Source: Callorhinchus milii | Lineage: Eukaryota | Assembly (NCBI RefSeq): GCF_018977255.1 | Contig: NW_024704743.1 | Location: 32,366,001 to 32,430,000, forward strand | Reading direction: 5' to 3' | DNA: 64,000 nucleotides | Part shown: positions 37,354 through 51,033 of the stretch, piece by piece | How positions within the stretch are numbered: position 1 is the first letter of the stretch | Layout: the number at the start of each line of letters is the position of its first letter | The notes under the pieces: generated by a model | What the model was told of the DNA's origin: nothing | The model's input: the letters and a program-made list of their open reading frames with translations, nothing else | The model's database searches: none | Program-made: the position numbers and the translations under genes

Positions 37354-40288
37354 GTAGGTTGTGAAACAGTGTAACTTACTGAATAAGAATTTTTCTACAG
37401 TGTTGTACTTGACAGTACTTTGAAACAATTTAAGATGCCCTAGATCTCCTTGTTCTTCCCCTTTCTCCCCCCCACCCTATGTGTGTGTGTGTGTATATAT
37501 ATATATATAGAACTTACTGTAGAACTGCAATTCTGTTTCTTCCAATTCTTGTTGTTGCATAACATTTGAGGTTCTTTGGGGTTCCTTTTCTCCTCTGTGT
37601 CTTCACTAACGTATCAGGTCAGATGTGCGGTTTGAGCACAATTGGAGTGATTTCAAGTGGTCCAGAATGACCTCACTGGTTGAGTCACGTATTGCTTTGT
37701 CTTGGAAGTTTGTGGTGAAAGCATTGAGAGACTTTTGGGACTCTCCCAATTAACTCCAACTTTTAAATGTCTCATCTTATTGATGGTTTTGCTAGATTAT
37801 TGATGGTTTCACTAGCAGAGATTAGTGCACGAAAACTGAAGTGCCCAAAGACATGTGAATACACGCCCAGCCGCCTAATTTATTCTATACTGACAATGGG
37901 CAGCACCAATGCCACCAGGGTGCTGCTAAGCATTATAATCATAATAAACATAATGAGTTCAATTTAAATGAAGTAGAACTGTGGCCATCATCTTGGACAT
38001 TGTTGACTGAGGTTTATGTAAATACTGTATTAAGCTTCCTGGAAGCTTTGTGTCCTTTCTCCTGGACTGGGCAAGGTCTACCCAGTGTGCTCTCAGACTG
38101 ACAGGTAGACAATACTATTTATCACAGCTCAAGCAGAAGCTGCTGGTCCATCTGCTCAGCATGAATTAGTTGAAGCTTGGTGTTTTGATCAGTATGGTGT
38201 TGCTGATGTTGATTTTTCAAAAACCACAAGAATAAGTTTCATGTCCTCCTGCCTATTTAGGAGAAATATGGCAGAATTCAGCTTGAAAGGAATTTAAGAT
38301 GTTTTGAGGCGAAATTCTAATATTTATCCACTGCATGTCTGAATGCAGAATTAAAGTACATTTTGCATCTCCTCAGTTGCTTATTAAATCTTAACCCTTT
38401 GGGGATTTTCTCCATGAGAAGTAAGATAATTTATTTGAATGATGTCTGTTTTTTTTGTCTGAGCAAGAGCAAATATTGAAAAAACAATGTAGAGTATTTT
38501 CTTCTGTTTGGGGTTACATTGTCGTTTTCCCCCAGTATTTAATTGAGTGCACTTGATTTTTGAATATTTGAATACTTTCTGTTTTTAGAAAAACATAGAT
38601 CGATTCATTTATACAAAATGAACTGGCACTATTCAATTCAAATGGCATTTCCTACCCAGTCTTCCCTGCCAAACTAGGTACTCGGGTGCAGTCTGTCAAC
38701 AACCCATTTTAAATTTTCTCAGTTGCTTATCAAATCTTAAGAGTTGAAGGATTTTCTCCATGAGAGAAAAGATAATTTATTAAGTAAATTATTTAAATCG
38801 TGACGACTCTCTGTGGTTCCAATGTTTTCTATGATTCTGCTTGACCTTTGTTCACTATTTTAAAGTAATGTAGTAAATGTAAAATAATAAAACATTCAAT
38901 GACAAAAAAAATAAAAGTACTATATTGTAGTTTTGGAATTCATATTAATTCATTATGATTAAAAACAAGATTGTGAATTTTAAAATAAGAGTGATTTAGA
39001 ATTGTAAATTGAATTCTGACTGTGTGAGGCACAGCTTCTGTTCCGCTTTGGGGTTAGAGGGGAAGGAAGGAGAAGTTGAGCGATTACTAATAATAGTTTT
39101 TCTTCCCATGGGGTGGTTGGGAAGAAATTACTGAGGAACTTTTTTTTAAGAAAAGCGTATTTAAAAAATGCAAAATTTAAATTGAAAGAAAATATGCATC
39201 ATGCCATGGAGGGGAGTCCTAATATCTTGCTTACCTGCAGTTAATCAGTTGACTTGATTTATTAGCTTGCGATAATGTTATTAAAAGATGTTCTGTTGAT
39301 TTTTTTCCCATAAGCATAAACTTTTGGTGGATGAGCTTGTGTATGATCTCAAACAGCTGTGGTTTAAAACCTCATCAGAGTGCAGTACTTACTGGTTTTG
39401 CTCCAGGATATCTTGTTGAGAAGCCTTCTTTCTAATGTTGACTTTTAAACATTGCATTGCACCTGTGACAAGGAATTAAGTAATGGCAGTGGAGGTCATG
39501 AAGGTTCAGCCAACAAACAGCTTAACACTGCCAGAGCAGCAGTTGATGGTACATTCAGCTGTTGCTGGGTAAAAGCTGTGCAATTGTCTATTCATAGTAC
39601 TTAATGCGTATATAGCACAGAGCACCACTTAATCAAGGTTGAGGCAGTCATCCATTTAAGTGAGCCAAGAAAGGGAAAATGGGTCACTGACACAGAATCT
39701 GAGTACCTGGTTTATCAGGGAATGGATAGGAAATACTGTTTAAATGTCAGTTTTTGTAAAAATGGTTCTTTCAGGACTTGAAATTCTGCAAAGGGGGTAC
39801 TTGTGATACATTTTATGGTTCCACTTATTGACATCTAGCCCAAGTAGCAGCTCCTTTACGTTGGAGCCTGGTCATTAAGGGTCAGACCTGTAACTTTTCT
39901 GTGTCTGGTATGAAACGTTGGGGACCAAGGCCTTCTCCTATGCTGTAAATTTCTTTGGTTCAGCATTGATCAGCACCTTCTGAGCAAACGGGAAGCTCAG
40001 AGGGAATGTTTCACCTTTTTGAATTAATTATAAAGTGTATACTGATTTATGTTCTTAAAGTACTTTAGTGATTACTTGAGTTTTTGCTGATTTCTGAGGA
40101 AATGATCCCCCATTTTCGTAACTAATTAAATACATATTTCAATAAAACTGTCGAAAGGATCAATTTCCAAAATGCATTTATTTTTGCTCACGCAGATAAC
40201 CCAGAATTGTAATCGTTTGGGGTGAAATGTTGAATCAGTTAAATGTCTTGTTTTACTTTGGTTCACTGATTAAACCATTTCTCTTTAG

Positions 40289-40435
40289 CTGGATGCGCAG
40301 CCTCCTCCAGTCCAGAAACTCCAGACACCTAAGTTTTCTTCCGGAGCAACAAATAGATCAATGTTTTTCAAGCCATCATTGACTCCTGGAGGCCACACTA
40401 ATAGACCTGTTGAAAGGACAGAAGCACGGAGCAAT
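40289..40435 (+). CDS. NUP153: NUP153 exon 9
   Basis: ctttag|LDAQPPPVQKLQTPK...TNRSMFFKPSLTPGG...RSN|gtaaga. Confidence 0.92.
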
Positions 40436-43151
40436 GTAAGACAGAAATGTTGCTGCTGCTTATTCTTCATTTGATCTATGGTATCTTTATTTGGTGTTAA
40501 AAGGATTTATTTGATATATCCTCTTTATATTTTTCATATTTCCAGTGTGCCCATTTGAATAATACCATCCAAAGGAATGGAACAAAAATGGAACAGTTAA
40601 CCTATTTGTACAGCTGCTTGCATGTTTAAGAACTTTCTATGTTGAGCTAGATTTTTCTTCAGTTGCATAGTAATTACTATCTCTGCTGCCTACCATTTAT
40701 TTTATTGGTATCTCCAGTAAAGATGTCATTTTGTTCTGGAACTCTACTTCAGAAAATTGCGACTATCTGTAAAGCTGCTAACTATTTTTTCCAATCTGGG
40801 CTGTGGCGTTGGTATTATGAAGTGTACTGGGTCATTATTTTCTTGGTCAGTCAAGGGTTTGAGATGTACGGAAACCCATCACACTACTTAATCCCCTTCC
40901 TTAAGAATATCCAATCCGAGAGTTCCTTCAACCCCACCTGTACTTTGAAATTCTAGAGATGTTTATTGGAATGGAATGGGTACTCTCTCCCTGGAGGGAC
41001 GCATCCTGCTTACCTAATTTCAGAGTGTATTAGGTGTGGGTTGGCAAGAACCACATGGGATTAAGGAATGTCTAAAATGCTATTGTGAAATAGCTTCTGT
41101 TTTTATGATTTTGTGCTACTGTGGAAGGAAGTGCTTCACGTTTTCTTCACGTACCAATAAGACTGACTTTTAAACTCTGGCTGATGACCTGTATCCTTGC
41201 TAATCCTCAGACTAGCATCAGGCTAGATTCACTGTCTGCTGTTCTATGCCGAATGGAACTTCCTCCATAAATTGCAATAATAAAGTCCTCCAGGAGGAGG
41301 ATAATTGAAATTGCCACATAATCACTGTAGTGATGCTCCTCGAAAGCAGTTTTTTTAACTGAAAGCGATCCAATCCCTTTGGTTATAAGCAGCCAATGCA
41401 AAAGTTTTAAATAACCTGATTATCTTTACCAAATACATTGTGCACACTAAAGACTGAAACTGGTTGAGTGCAGGTTTGCTTAGTGTTCAGGTCTTCAGTG
41501 GACCTGTACTATAACAGAAGCACAGTATCCCTGGCTTCTAGCACTGAGTAGCTGGCTTCTCACACTAATGGCCGATTTCCAGATGGTCAGGTAATAACTG
41601 ATGTCACTATGGCGTCAGCAGCAACTTGGCAACGCAGAAGTTATAAGATGGCTTTGAAATAAACGAACCAAGACGTTTACATTATAACAAAGTTGCCTTG
41701 TATTAACTATCAAGTGTAGGACTAGGTGGTCAGCAGTGACACAGTACGAAATAGTCTTCAGCTTTGGAAGGAATGTAGCAGCTGCACTTACTGAGGATTA
41801 TAGAGCTTCCTGATGACAGCAGATAATTAGGGTACTTGAGCATATTGCTTCACTGGGTTAGTTTTATTAAATGCATATTTGTGAAAGACTCAACCCCAAA
41901 ATGAACATTATTTCCAGGGGGTTTAATTTCAGACAGTCAAATGGACACTTCAAATGTGATAGCTCTCCAGTCCTTTAAGTACACTGGTAGCTGCTGCTAT
42001 TTTGGGGCTCATTTGCACTAATTCTTCTTTTGGACACTTTTTCCTGTAAGCAGACTGTTGATAGAACTTACATTTTTCTCATGTACCTTTCCAAAATACA
42101 TGGCCTGGGATTTAACAATATGTGTAATTGAAAAGCACCAAGTTGATACTACAAAGTACCGTGCAAGTAGTTAAAGAAAATGATCCAGGGTGAGGATGTT
42201 TCTTTCTTTGCTTTTCAGATAGAGGGGGTTGGCAGTTTTCTAATAGAAGTAATGAAAAAGTGGGGAATCCTCTCAGTAACTGGAAGTTACCGACCTATGG
42301 GAACTGCACTTGGAAAGTAGATTGCATCAACTCAGTGTGACATTGTTTCTTTGTGATGCCATTCTATTAGAAATTGCCACATGTTAGATTTCCCCGAGTA
42401 GATGAAACTTCAGTTCTTTAAATGCAGAAAACCGATCTCCGGATGAGAACAAGAATTTGCCCATTCCGATGTCTGTTCTGTTTGCCAGAAAGCTGTGCAC
42501 AGAACTTTAAAATTGCTTTCTCGTATACCCGTTTCAGCTGTACGACCTTCACAAGATGAAATGTCAAATAACACAAACTAATTCAACCAGGTTATGCAAA
42601 TTTTGTTTGTGTGGAAGTTTATTTGTGAAAGCTGCCTATCCTTACACTGTTAAGACAAACCGACGTTAGTACATCTTCAGATCAATAAAGTGCAGTAATT
42701 GAAAAGGCGCCATGTTGTGCCTAAGTGTTAATTAAATGTGTTTAGTATTACAGTGTGATATTTAAATCTTTATACTTGAAACAAAGCTGATTTGTGTTCT
42801 CCAGTGGCTTTTTAAAATCCCTGTTAGAATGACGTTGGTACAACATTATTTTTGCATTAATGTCAAGATTTGTGAGTGCTCTGCATTAGTTACTGCATCC
42901 AATGTAGAATAACTGTACGACTGTCATTCTAGGTTTATTAATTTAGCATTTTAACCAGTGTTACCAAAAATAACATTTAGCTTTACCTTTTACATAGGTC
43001 TGTTTTAAATGGCTATGGATTACTTAATCTGGCAAATTTACATATTTACAACTCCCCCTGGACTTTTATACTTGTACATTATACCATTTTTCATAAAAAG
43101 GTAATCAGAAATGAAATTCAGTTCTTTATTTTGCTTCTTTTGTGATTTTAG

Positions 43152-43201
43152 AGATTGCAAGAGAAAACTGTTCCAGAAGTAGCCCTACGACCATTAAAAA
43201 G
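43152..43201 (+). CDS. NUP153: NUP153 exon 10 (50 nt)
   Basis: ttttag|RLQEKTVPEVALRPLK+AG|gtatag; phase 0-2 fits exon 11; poorly conserved region. Confidence 0.7.
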
Positions 43202-43308
43202 GTATAGCATCAGAATTATTTTCCACAGTTACTCTCTTGGGCAGCAATTAAAAACTGTCCTAAATTCAAATTTTAGGTATTTAGGTTGTTTTCTTGTGTG
43301 TATTCCAG

Positions 43309-43435
43309 TAATAACAGCTGTTTGTATAATGCAAATAGTTCCCCTGCAACAAATGGGCTGACATCTGGGGGAGCTGGAGGAAAGATGAGGAGAGAGAAAG
43401 ACCATTACTCCGCCAGAGGTTACAGGACACAAGAG
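43309..43435 (+). CDS. NUP153: NUP153 exon 11
   Basis: ttccag|..NNSCLYNANSSPATNGLTSGGAGGKMRREKDHYSARGYRTQE|gttaga; alternative in-frame acceptor gives start 43318. Confidence 0.88.
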
Positions 43436-45089
43436 GTTAGAGTGAATTGTGTTCTAATACTAAATATTAAGTTGTTTTCTTGTGTTTCATTAATTTTTCA
43501 TGATTTTTTGGCAAAGTAATTATATTTTTAAGACATGCACCATAATGACTGAAATTATAAGCATCAAGGTACCTGTATAATGTGTACCTACTTATGGTAG
43601 CATAGCTTGTTGCCTGTGGTATTCCTCAAAATGCTATAGATTTTGTTCCAAATCTCCCAGAGGTTTCAAAAACATTTTAAGGACCCTTTTTGTCTTTTTT
43701 TGAGATTGTGACTGCTACCAAAGTCGATTATATTTTGAGCTCATCCAGTTACACGATTTGAGAATGACTTGGAGCATTTGATGGTCCCACAAAGCAATAT
43801 CAGTAAACATTAAAACAACTGCCCTTAACCTGATGCTCAAATTGATTGCTACAATCTATTCAGGTTGGTTCTAAACTTACCGACTGCATTCAGTGTCAAG
43901 AACAGCATATGTTATGAATCCTCACCACTATTCAGTTATGCAAAAGTGTCATTATTTTGATGAATGTAGACTTGCACAATCTACTTTATTAGCATTGTAT
44001 CACTCTTTTAATGTAGCCTATCATGTTCAAATCTAATTTGTGCACCTTCCTCCTCTTCAGTAAAGACACAGTTGAACAAATTGGTGTGGAAATGTTGAGT
44101 CTTCAAATGTTTATGAAATCAGGAATTGTTTTTGTAGCCAAGTGCAAGGTTTGTTCTGAATGGGTACATGCTTCCAAATGGCTCTGGCCATAACCTTTCA
44201 TGTAGCAAGGATGTCCCAAAGTGCTTGCTGCCGGCTGGGCAACTGAGCTGAGAGCCAAAGAGAAAAGATGACCAAATTTAAAAAGCCCTGGAAGATTGTC
44301 ATTTAGGAGGTAGGCAATGTGAATATGGTATGGAAGAAAGTTGGAAGTCAATTGTAGCTGCAATAGGTCTTCCCATAACTTGGTGATTTCCTCCAGAAAA
44401 ATGGGCCCAAGAAGTATGGGCCCAGTCATATGTGGAATTGCACGCAAATCAGCTCCAGTATTTAGTGAGCACGATATTGGATGAATTGGTACAAGTCTAG
44501 ACAGATCAAACCACAAAGGAAGAGACTCATTCCTTACTGCTGTGTCAACACGAGTAAACCTGCTGGTCGTATCATTTAGAGTTTAAGCAATAGGAGGTTG
44601 GTGATTGGAGTTTGCAAATATGGTTGATCAGCTTAAACGGGCTGGATCTGTTTCTGACTCTGTGCAGATAAAGAAAAGATGTCACTATTTGGATTACCTT
44701 ATTGATAGCTGTGAGTTTTGAATTATATTATATTAGTAATTAGTAATTAGTCATTCCAGAGGCAGACAATGCTATATTGGCATTGGATCTTCTGACACGG
44801 CCTAACCTGATACGGCTATCATGTAATTAAAGGATTTGACCACATCATGATCTAACAATGGTTTTATTAAGATTAATTTGCGGTTTTAATTCATTTTATG
44901 TAACCTGTGCAAATGTAAGTTCTTAGTGTATTTGAGCTGCAGATTCCCCATGGCTTTTGTAAAAATGCCAGATTGCACTTACACAGTGGTAATGGATTCC
45001 TTTGTAATATTGTATTAAAAAGCCTGTGAACAGAGGGAAATGTGGATGCAATGTATTCAAACAATGGGAAAATGTTATGGTCTCAACAG

Positions 45090-45221
45090 GTGGAGGTCCC
45101 AGAGCTGCCAGAGGTGTCCTTACCCATTAAAACAGCTGCACTGCCTGTTTTCAACTTTGGCTCCCCTTCTACAGCAGCTTCCCCAATAACACCGATTCTG
45201 ACAAAATCTCTTTCTGACAAG
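45090..45221 (+). CDS. NUP153: NUP153 exon 12
   Basis: caacag|VEVPELPEVSLPIKTAALPVFNFGSP...SDK|gtatgg. Confidence 0.92.
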
Positions 45222-45839
45222 GTATGGTCATCTAGCCAGTCACATTTTCTAATTTAATTTCTTTTTCCCACCATCCATGCCTTGGTCACATCTAGGCTCG
45301 ATTATTTCAACACTCTGCTTTGACCTCTTCCCAACACGAAAGTCACTATAGAAATGTGAATTAAGTATTCTGCATAGGCTCACCCTATTATTTTTGCAGT
45401 GAGTATGAGCAGTAATCTACTCACGGACCCTGGTAGTGCTGATCTATAAGGGACATGTTGTGCCTACTTTCTGGGTGATAGATTCTACATTTTTCCTGAG
45501 AGAGATGGTTCTCCTTAGATCGGTGGTGAATTCTTAATTTACTTTTTCCAAATTTTGCAGTAAACTTAAATAAAATGCAATTTGCAATTACAAATTTCAA
45601 ACACTTCATATTTTCTCTTACAATCTTCTGTAAAAGCATTTTTTACCATTTTGAAACCAAATCAACACTTAATGATGTACACGGGTTAGCCTTTCTGCAA
45701 AAGTGGTTGTTTTTCTGATGTTTTTGCCTTCGTTAATGAAATTTGGACTCTATAAAAACAAAACTTTAATCCCTTCATTTCATATTTCAGTGCAATTTTG
45801 AAAATAAATGAGTGGTGTAGTGCAACCTTTTATCTTGAC

Positions 45840-46315
45840 TAAATATTGTGTCTAATTCTGGTCTCCACACTGTAAGACAAATTTAGCAGCAATAGAAAGA
45901 GCACGGGCTAGGCTTACAAGAATTATACCAAGTTTATCATGCTTCTGCTAGACTGGATAGGTTTGGACTTTTTTTTTGCTGGAGAAGAGACATTTAAAGA
46001 CGGGTGCACTAATAGACTTGTTTGCAAAAGGTTTCAGTTAAGGTTAACATAAATAGGCTGTTTCCACTGGTTGCAGAGTCTGTAACCAGAGAGCACAAAT
46101 ATAAGATAGCAACTAGTGGATTTAAAAGCGAATTTAAGAGGAACTGCGCTCAGGGTAGTGAGATTCTGGAACTTGCTGCCTGAAGTGATGGTTGAGTCAG
46201 ATGGTGTTGATGCATAGGGGAATAGAAGGGTTTGGGAGGGAGTCAGGAATGGGTGAAGACTTGTGTGGAGTATAAATAAGAAGAACCAAGTGGCCTGTTT
46301 CCGTGCTGTACTATA
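45840..46315 (+). mobile_element. CR1-type LINE 3' remnant
   Basis: TTCTGGTCTCCACAC..GAGAAGAGAC..CTGGAACTTGCTGCCTGA and 3' end TGGCCTGTTTCCGTGCTGTA. Confidence 0.65.
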
Positions 46316-46466
46316 TTCTTTCTAAAATTATCTCAAAGAAACCTGTGGACTCATAATGATATCAAAATAACAATTTGAAAGAATAATGGGGAAAGAGATT
46401 AACTTGTGCAGCTTTCAGTATCTTGGACAATATGTATATTTGAATACTTACTTTGTTTGTTTACAG

Positions 46467-46559
46467 GCAGTGATGTCCAGTCCTAGCAATGTTGCCTTTA
46501 CTTTCTCAACACCGAATATAAAAGCAACTGATTCAAAATTGCAGCCTGTTTCACTGTCT
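46467..46559 (+). CDS. NUP153: NUP153 exon 13
   Basis: ttacag|AVMSSPSNVAFTFSTPNIKATDSKLQPVSLS|gtaagt. Confidence 0.88.
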
Positions 46560-47062
46560 GTAAGTACCAATTTGTGGTCATGGAAAATCTTTGTTTCTCT
46601 ATGCATTTGAAATTACTGGTTTTCGCAAAGGTTTAATTTCCATACCAAATCCTTTTATTTAAATTTGAATATCTTTAAGATAATAAAGATTGTAATTGCA
46701 ACAGTAGATTAGATGTTTTCCTCTTTGACTGTGCTTTTGGTTATCTTTCCCTCTCCTCGGCCCCAGCTCGGGTGCAACCCATGAAACGTTCAACGACTTG
46801 GGACTTCCTCCTGAAATAAACGGCACTATATAAATGTAAATTTGTATTGCATGTGCTAGCAATGTTTCCCATTTATTGGAAAACTGTTTGTAACCGCTAT
46901 GTGCAAATTGGCCGCCACATTCATCCACGAAATACCGTTGCGTCACTTTCTAGTATATCCTGTAAAAGCTCTTGGGGGCTTCTCGACGACGCGATGACAC
47001 ACTGTATCAAATGTAAGGATTATTATTATTAAAGGCTAATCTATGCTTTTTCACCCCTTAAG

Positions 47063-47144
47063 GATGGATTTACCTTCCGTGAACCAATTGACAAATCAAC
47101 ACAGTTGATGTTTGGTGTTTCTGCACCAAGTTCAGTTAATCCAG
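47063..47144 (+). CDS. NUP153: NUP153 exon 14
   Basis: cttaag|DGFTFREPIDKSTQLMFGVSAPSSVNP+G|gtaata. Confidence 0.82.
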
Positions 47145-47227
47145 GTAATACATATTTTATAAGCAAGTGAGCAATCTGCACATTCCCTGTCATTGCACAA
47201 TGCTGAAATCTTTTCCTGTTATTCCAG

Positions 47228-47368
47228 TAAATTGCACCTTGTCTGTTGCTGCGTCGCCTTTTGTTCCTGCACCTGTAAATAAAAGAAAAGATGAGACGTG
47301 TGATGGTCCATTCAAACCTGCCAAAACTTTGAAGCAAGGCAGCGTGCTAGACATCTTGAAAGGGCCTG
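47228..47368 (+). CDS. NUP153: NUP153 exon 15
   Basis: ttccag|...DETCDGPFKPAKTLKQGSVLDILKGP+G|gtgagt. Confidence 0.92.
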
Positions 47369-47464
47369 GTGAGTACTTTTTAAGGAGTCGATTAGAATTA
47401 ATTACCCAAGTTGAAACAGCTGTCTACACAACACAGTGTGAGCATTAGAACTGCTTAACTTACA

Positions 47465-47780
47465 AATGCAAATATAAATTTACATTTATATAGTGCCTTT
47501 CACATTGGGAGGATGTCCCAAAACACTATATACCAGAAGGGCTAGACACATGACCGGGGAGGGGAAAGATGACCAATAGTGTGGTCAAAGAGGTTGATCT
47601 TGAGACAGACTTTGAATGAGGTGAGGGAGTCAGAGGGACTCAGATGTAGTTTCAGATTAGGGGTAGATAGGCCGAAAGTCAACCTAACAATGAGTCGGGA
47701 ACATTAAGCAGGCCAGTGCTCAATGAGCAAAAGGATTGGCTGGGTCAGTAAAGTTTGAGGAGGTTTCAGTGGGGAGAAAT
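47465..47780 (-). mobile_element. L2 3' end
   Basis: Tail homologous to 4497-4765. Confidence 0.7.
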
Positions 47781-47789
47781 TATGGAGGG

Positions 47790-47940
47790 AGCCCAAAGGA
47801 GAATGGAGCTGTTGACATGTGCCTTCTACAAAACAAGGCTGAAGACTGCAAATGTTTGGCTTGTCAGTCTGCTAAGTCAAGTTGGTGATGTTTTTGGTGT
47901 AAGAATGGCTTACTGAGTACTTTGTATATCAATACTGATT
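47790..47940 (+). pseudogene. Decayed duplicate of NUP153 zinc finger 3 and its donor site
   Basis: Aligns by eye to 48628-48781; 1-nt insertion and destroyed donor. Confidence 0.85.
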
Positions 47941-48087
47941 GTACGTAAGGGTAGGTTTGCATTTATTAAAAGTACAATTCCTCTGTATTTGTTCAATATT
48001 TGTTCACAGGCTTGTTCAGTGTTGACTATCAAACAGTGGGCCTGATATTACGTATAAATGATTAACTCTGTTTTAACTTGTTTCAAG

Positions 48088-48717
48088 GGTTCACTTCGTC
48101 TCCTTCATCAAAGCAATTTGAAACTGCGTCCACAGACAGTGTAGCAGCCTCTGTGAAACCTTTGCAATTGGTCACTGAGAAAACTGTGTTTTCTAGTGAG
48201 AGCTCCACAGGCACCTTTGGGTTTGGAGAGAAGTTCAAACCACCTGAAGGTGCTTGGCAGTGTGATACCTGCCTTTTACAAAACAAAGGCACCCATAGCA
48301 AGTGCATTGCTTGCCAGACTGCTAAAGCTACTTCGAAAACTGCTCCACCTCCTAAACGTACCGATCTGGGATTTGGCAACAGTAAAACTATACCTCCAGT
48401 GGGCTCTGGGGGTAAATTCAAACCTGCAGCAGGCATGTGGGACTGTGATACTTGTTTGGTACAAAACAAAGCAGATGGTGTGAAATGTGTGGCCTGTGAA
48501 ACACCAAAACCTGGAACTGGGGTTAAACCTGTGCTGACCTTGCCTGCAACCACCGAAAGTACAAAAAACACATCAGCAAATCCCTCCAGTACTGGTACAG
48601 GATTGAGTTTGGCAGATGAGTTTAAGAAGCCTGAAGGAGCATGGAGCTGTGATGTGTGCCTCCTACAAAACAAGACTGAAGACAGCAAATGTGTGGCTTG
48701 TCAGTCTCCTAAACCAG
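48088..48717 (+). CDS. NUP153: NUP153 exon 16, RanBP2-type zinc fingers 1-3
   Basis: WQCDTCLLQNKGTHSKCIAC, WDCDTCLVQNKADGVKCVAC, WSCDVCLLQNKTEDSKCVAC; acceptor tttcaag, donor CAG|gtaggt. Confidence 0.96.
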
Positions 48718-49984
48718 GTAGGTGGTGTTTTTGGCAAAGGAATGAGTTACTGAATATTTTTCAATCTTATCAGTATTGATTATTGACTCCATTCTTTAAA
48801 GTTTCTAAATACGCTTCCTTGTTTTGGATTTTTTTCAGTTTGAAGGTAGGTAATGTTTGATTTAATAAAAAAAAAGTAGGGGAAATATTGAAGAAATGTG
48901 AAATCTCTCCTCATTCCCCACCGCATCAAAATGTTTTGGGTACCCAACGTTTCAGTATGAGACCTGACAGGGTGGGGTACAGAGTATTTGGTTCACTTGT
49001 AGGTGTGTAAGATTGTCATGCAACTTCATTTTTGTGCCTGTGGCCTGTTTTTTCTTTTCCCTCTTCCCTGCACCAAGAACTTTTTGGTGTATTGGAAATA
49101 TAGAACATTGCCACCTGTTAATTTCAGACTTCCTTGCATTGGTATCATTTTCAAAATAGGCATTCCATAACCAATCCCAGTATTCTGGGTGGAGTCCTGT
49201 AGCATATTGGCTAGAGCAAGGCGAAGCTTTAGGCAAGTTTTCTAATTCCACACGGCTAACAGTAAGATGGAATCTGGTTGTTCGTCAATTGGTGGATTGC
49301 TTTTCCAGGGGTAATAATACCTGTGCGCAATTGGCTGCTGTGTTTCGCCCATAAAATATACAGTCAATTCACTTTAAGGTGGTTTCTGTGAAGCACTTTG
49401 AGACGCCTCAAAAACAAGATTCTTTTAAGACTACTCTTTTCATGCCTCCAAAAAGTGAAGTTGTGATCGTACATTAACATCAATTGATGGTAAACATCCT
49501 TCAGTCTGAACAAACACTGTGTGCTCAAGTTGTGTTCCCTTTTGCAAGTAGTTCAGCTTGGAATAATCTCCATTTTACCAATGTAAAATTCTTGGACATG
49601 AAGGACTTACCTCTTCTTAGTTGACTCTTTGCATTAGATCATATAAGAGGTCCAGATGAAGAATTTGATCTATCCATTAGATCTCATCCTTCCAGAGCAC
49701 CTGCCCCAGTGTCCTCTCACCACAGCATCAAGCTTTTTTTAAAAAAATGAATCCAGCATTGTAGCCGCAGCCATCCTTCCTGGTAACCTGTTCCAGTTGT
49801 TGTTTATCCTCGATTTCCTAACTAATCCTTACATTTGTCACGCCTTTCATGTCAGGAGGGTGTCTCAAAGCAATTAATAAGATATACTAGAAAATGTAGT
49901 GACTATATTGTAGGTGAATGGGACAGCCAATTTATGTGCAGCAATGCCTTGCATACAGCTGCAAAGTGAATGAGCCGTCTTGGC

Positions 49985-50512
49985 TCTTTGCAGGAGATCA
50001 CATGAAATGTTGGGCAAGTTTCTTACTCCACACACCTCTGTTTACCTAGCAGTAAGTTGGAACCTGATAAATAGTCAATTGGCGGATTGATTTTCTGTGG
50101 GTAATAATTCTAATAATCCTTGCATTTGAGATATATATATAAAACCAATTTATCTTTGTTTTTTGGAGGGATTATTATTAGGCGAGTGGAGTAAGGAAAC
50201 TTGTCCAAGGTTTCGCCCTGCCTGGAATTGAACCCAGGTGTCTCACTTGCAAGGCGAGTGCTCTAACCACTGAGCTACAGGACTCCGGTAATAATTCCTT
50301 CAAAAAAAATAATAAATTGTTCACTTAATTCCACGATAATAAATTGTTCACTTAATTCCATGACTGTTTGTGGGACACTGTTGTGCGCAATTGGCTGCCT
50401 CGTTTCGCCCACAAAATATAAAGTCAATTCGCTTTACAGTATATTCTGTGAAGCGCTTTGAGACGTCTCAAAGGCGTGATTAGGTGCTATATCAAATGAA
50501 AAGATTATTATT
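49985..50512. mobile_element. Nested SINEs: - strand copy (head 50160-50286) inserted in a + strand copy
   Basis: Reverse-complement tRNA head GGAGTCCTGTAGCTCAGTGGTTAGAGC between two halves of a + strand SINE. Confidence 0.75.
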
Positions 50513-51033
50513 GTTATATACACATGGAAATTCCAGAGATAAATTATTGCCATCACCAGCAGGGCCCTGGAGTACTGCAGACCTGCCTGGCATAGGAACT
50601 AGACTATTGAGACGACCACAGAGGGCTGGCTCGATTCCAATATTCCGTTGGCAAACATATCAACTTGGAGCCATTTCAGCTCTGCTTACCTTCCCTTCCC
50701 CCTCCAACTCCAAAGGAGGATAGTCACTAATTGGTCGTTTGACATCCGACAGGTGGATGAGGGGGTTGAATGGTAGGTGTCAGGAACACCCAGATGCAAT
50801 TGGTATTCACTCTGTGGCTGTTTGTAGGACATTGCATGGACACATTGTCTGCCACATTTCCCTGCAAATACAGTCACTATACTTCACAGTAAATTCTGTG
50901 AAGGACTTTGAGTTATCTCAATATACCATAAGGTTGTATTAAATGTAATGATTATTATAAATGTGGCTGCTGCTGATGTACACAAATGCTTTGCCCGTCT
51001 TTCCTGTTTTCATTTTACGGCTTTCACTCCTAG

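Noticed and set aside
48083..48688. 201-aa antisense ORF
   Set aside because: Shadow of NUP153 exon 16.
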